DNA from: Takakia lepidozioides
Lineage: Eukaryota > Plantae > Bryophyta
NCBI GenBank assembly: GCA_030704615.1
Contig: JAKLZA010000365.1
Location: 1-8,467, forward strand
Reading direction: 5' to 3'
Length of the DNA stretch: 8,467 bases
Both the position numbers and the translations under genes were made by a program. Under the pieces are notes generated by a model, which was not told the DNA's origin, searched no databases, and was given only the letters and a program-made list of their open reading frames with translations. Positions 8,360-8,467 of the stretch are shown here, piece after piece. How positions within the stretch are numbered: the first letter of the stretch is position 1; every line of letters begins with the position of its first letter.

Positions 8360-8467
8360 AACCCCCCCCTAACAGTGCGCTCCACCCTCTGTTGTCTCAG
8401 TCTGTGCAAAAATTAAGGGTACCCTACAGATCCCGTATAAGTGTCTAAGTCCCTACAGTCCTCTAAA

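Larger units (their letters stand above)
7414..8428 (-). repeat. 5' long terminal repeat (inner end well supported, outer end uncertain)
   Basis: The minus strand reads ...AAAAGCCGCGCGACA|TT|TGGCGACC...: a terminal CA at 7414, a 2-nt spacer, then the PBS. Candidate outer ends are minus-strand TGTAGGG at 8428 or 8457, or a position beyond the window. No second LTR is present to confirm this. Confidence 0.75.
1..8467 (-). mobile_element. Ty3/Gypsy LTR retrotransposon (non-chromovirus type), 3' end outside the window
   Basis: Minus-strand order LTR-PBS-gag-PR-RT-RNaseH-INT, with INT after RT/RH, is diagnostic of Ty3/Gypsy. All domains are recognisable from motifs. No chromodomain and no additional RNase H are seen. 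Confidence 0.97.

Noticed and set aside
8357-8370. TGTAACCCCCCCCT as an LTR terminus or PPT
   Set aside because: No adjacent PBS, and it is at the wrong end for this element's PPT. The CA-TT-PBS junction at 7414 is much better supported.
7918-8409. ORFs 7918-8409 and 8063-8296 as genes
   Set aside because: They are low-complexity translations of the stop-poor LTR minisatellite.
8416-8425. Palindrome AGGGTACCCT
   Set aside because: A 10-bp palindrome is expected by chance in 8 kb. It is noted only because it is near a candidate LTR start.

Overview
The window is one minus-strand Ty3/Gypsy (Metaviridae) LTR retrotransposon of the non-chromovirus type. The host is probably a plant, possibly a non-seed plant, but this is an inference from RT/protease sequence style. 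Read 5'->3' (right to left) it contains: a ~1 kb 5' LTR ending ...GCGCGACA at 7414; an 18-nt tRNA-Arg-type primer binding site (7394-7411); an unexplained ~500-codon coding region upstream of gag; Gag with three CCHC zinc knuckles; protease, RT, RNase H and integrase (Gypsy order, no extra archaeal-type RNase H, no chromodomain); and a ~257-aa in-frame tail after integrase. The polyprotein is broken by at least a dozen mostly single-base indels while most motifs stay intact, which fits long-read error or very recent decay. The PPT and 3' LTR are not in the window. The most notable points are (1) the integrase tail with nine 10-aa [10 protein letters not shown] repeats, (2) the same GGCTGTG 10-bp DNA motif forming a separate array in the LTR, (3) an unknown domain upstream of gag whose frame opens in U5 and runs through the PBS, and (4) a nucleocapsid with 2+1 knuckles split by a G/N/R/Y/Q low-complexity region.
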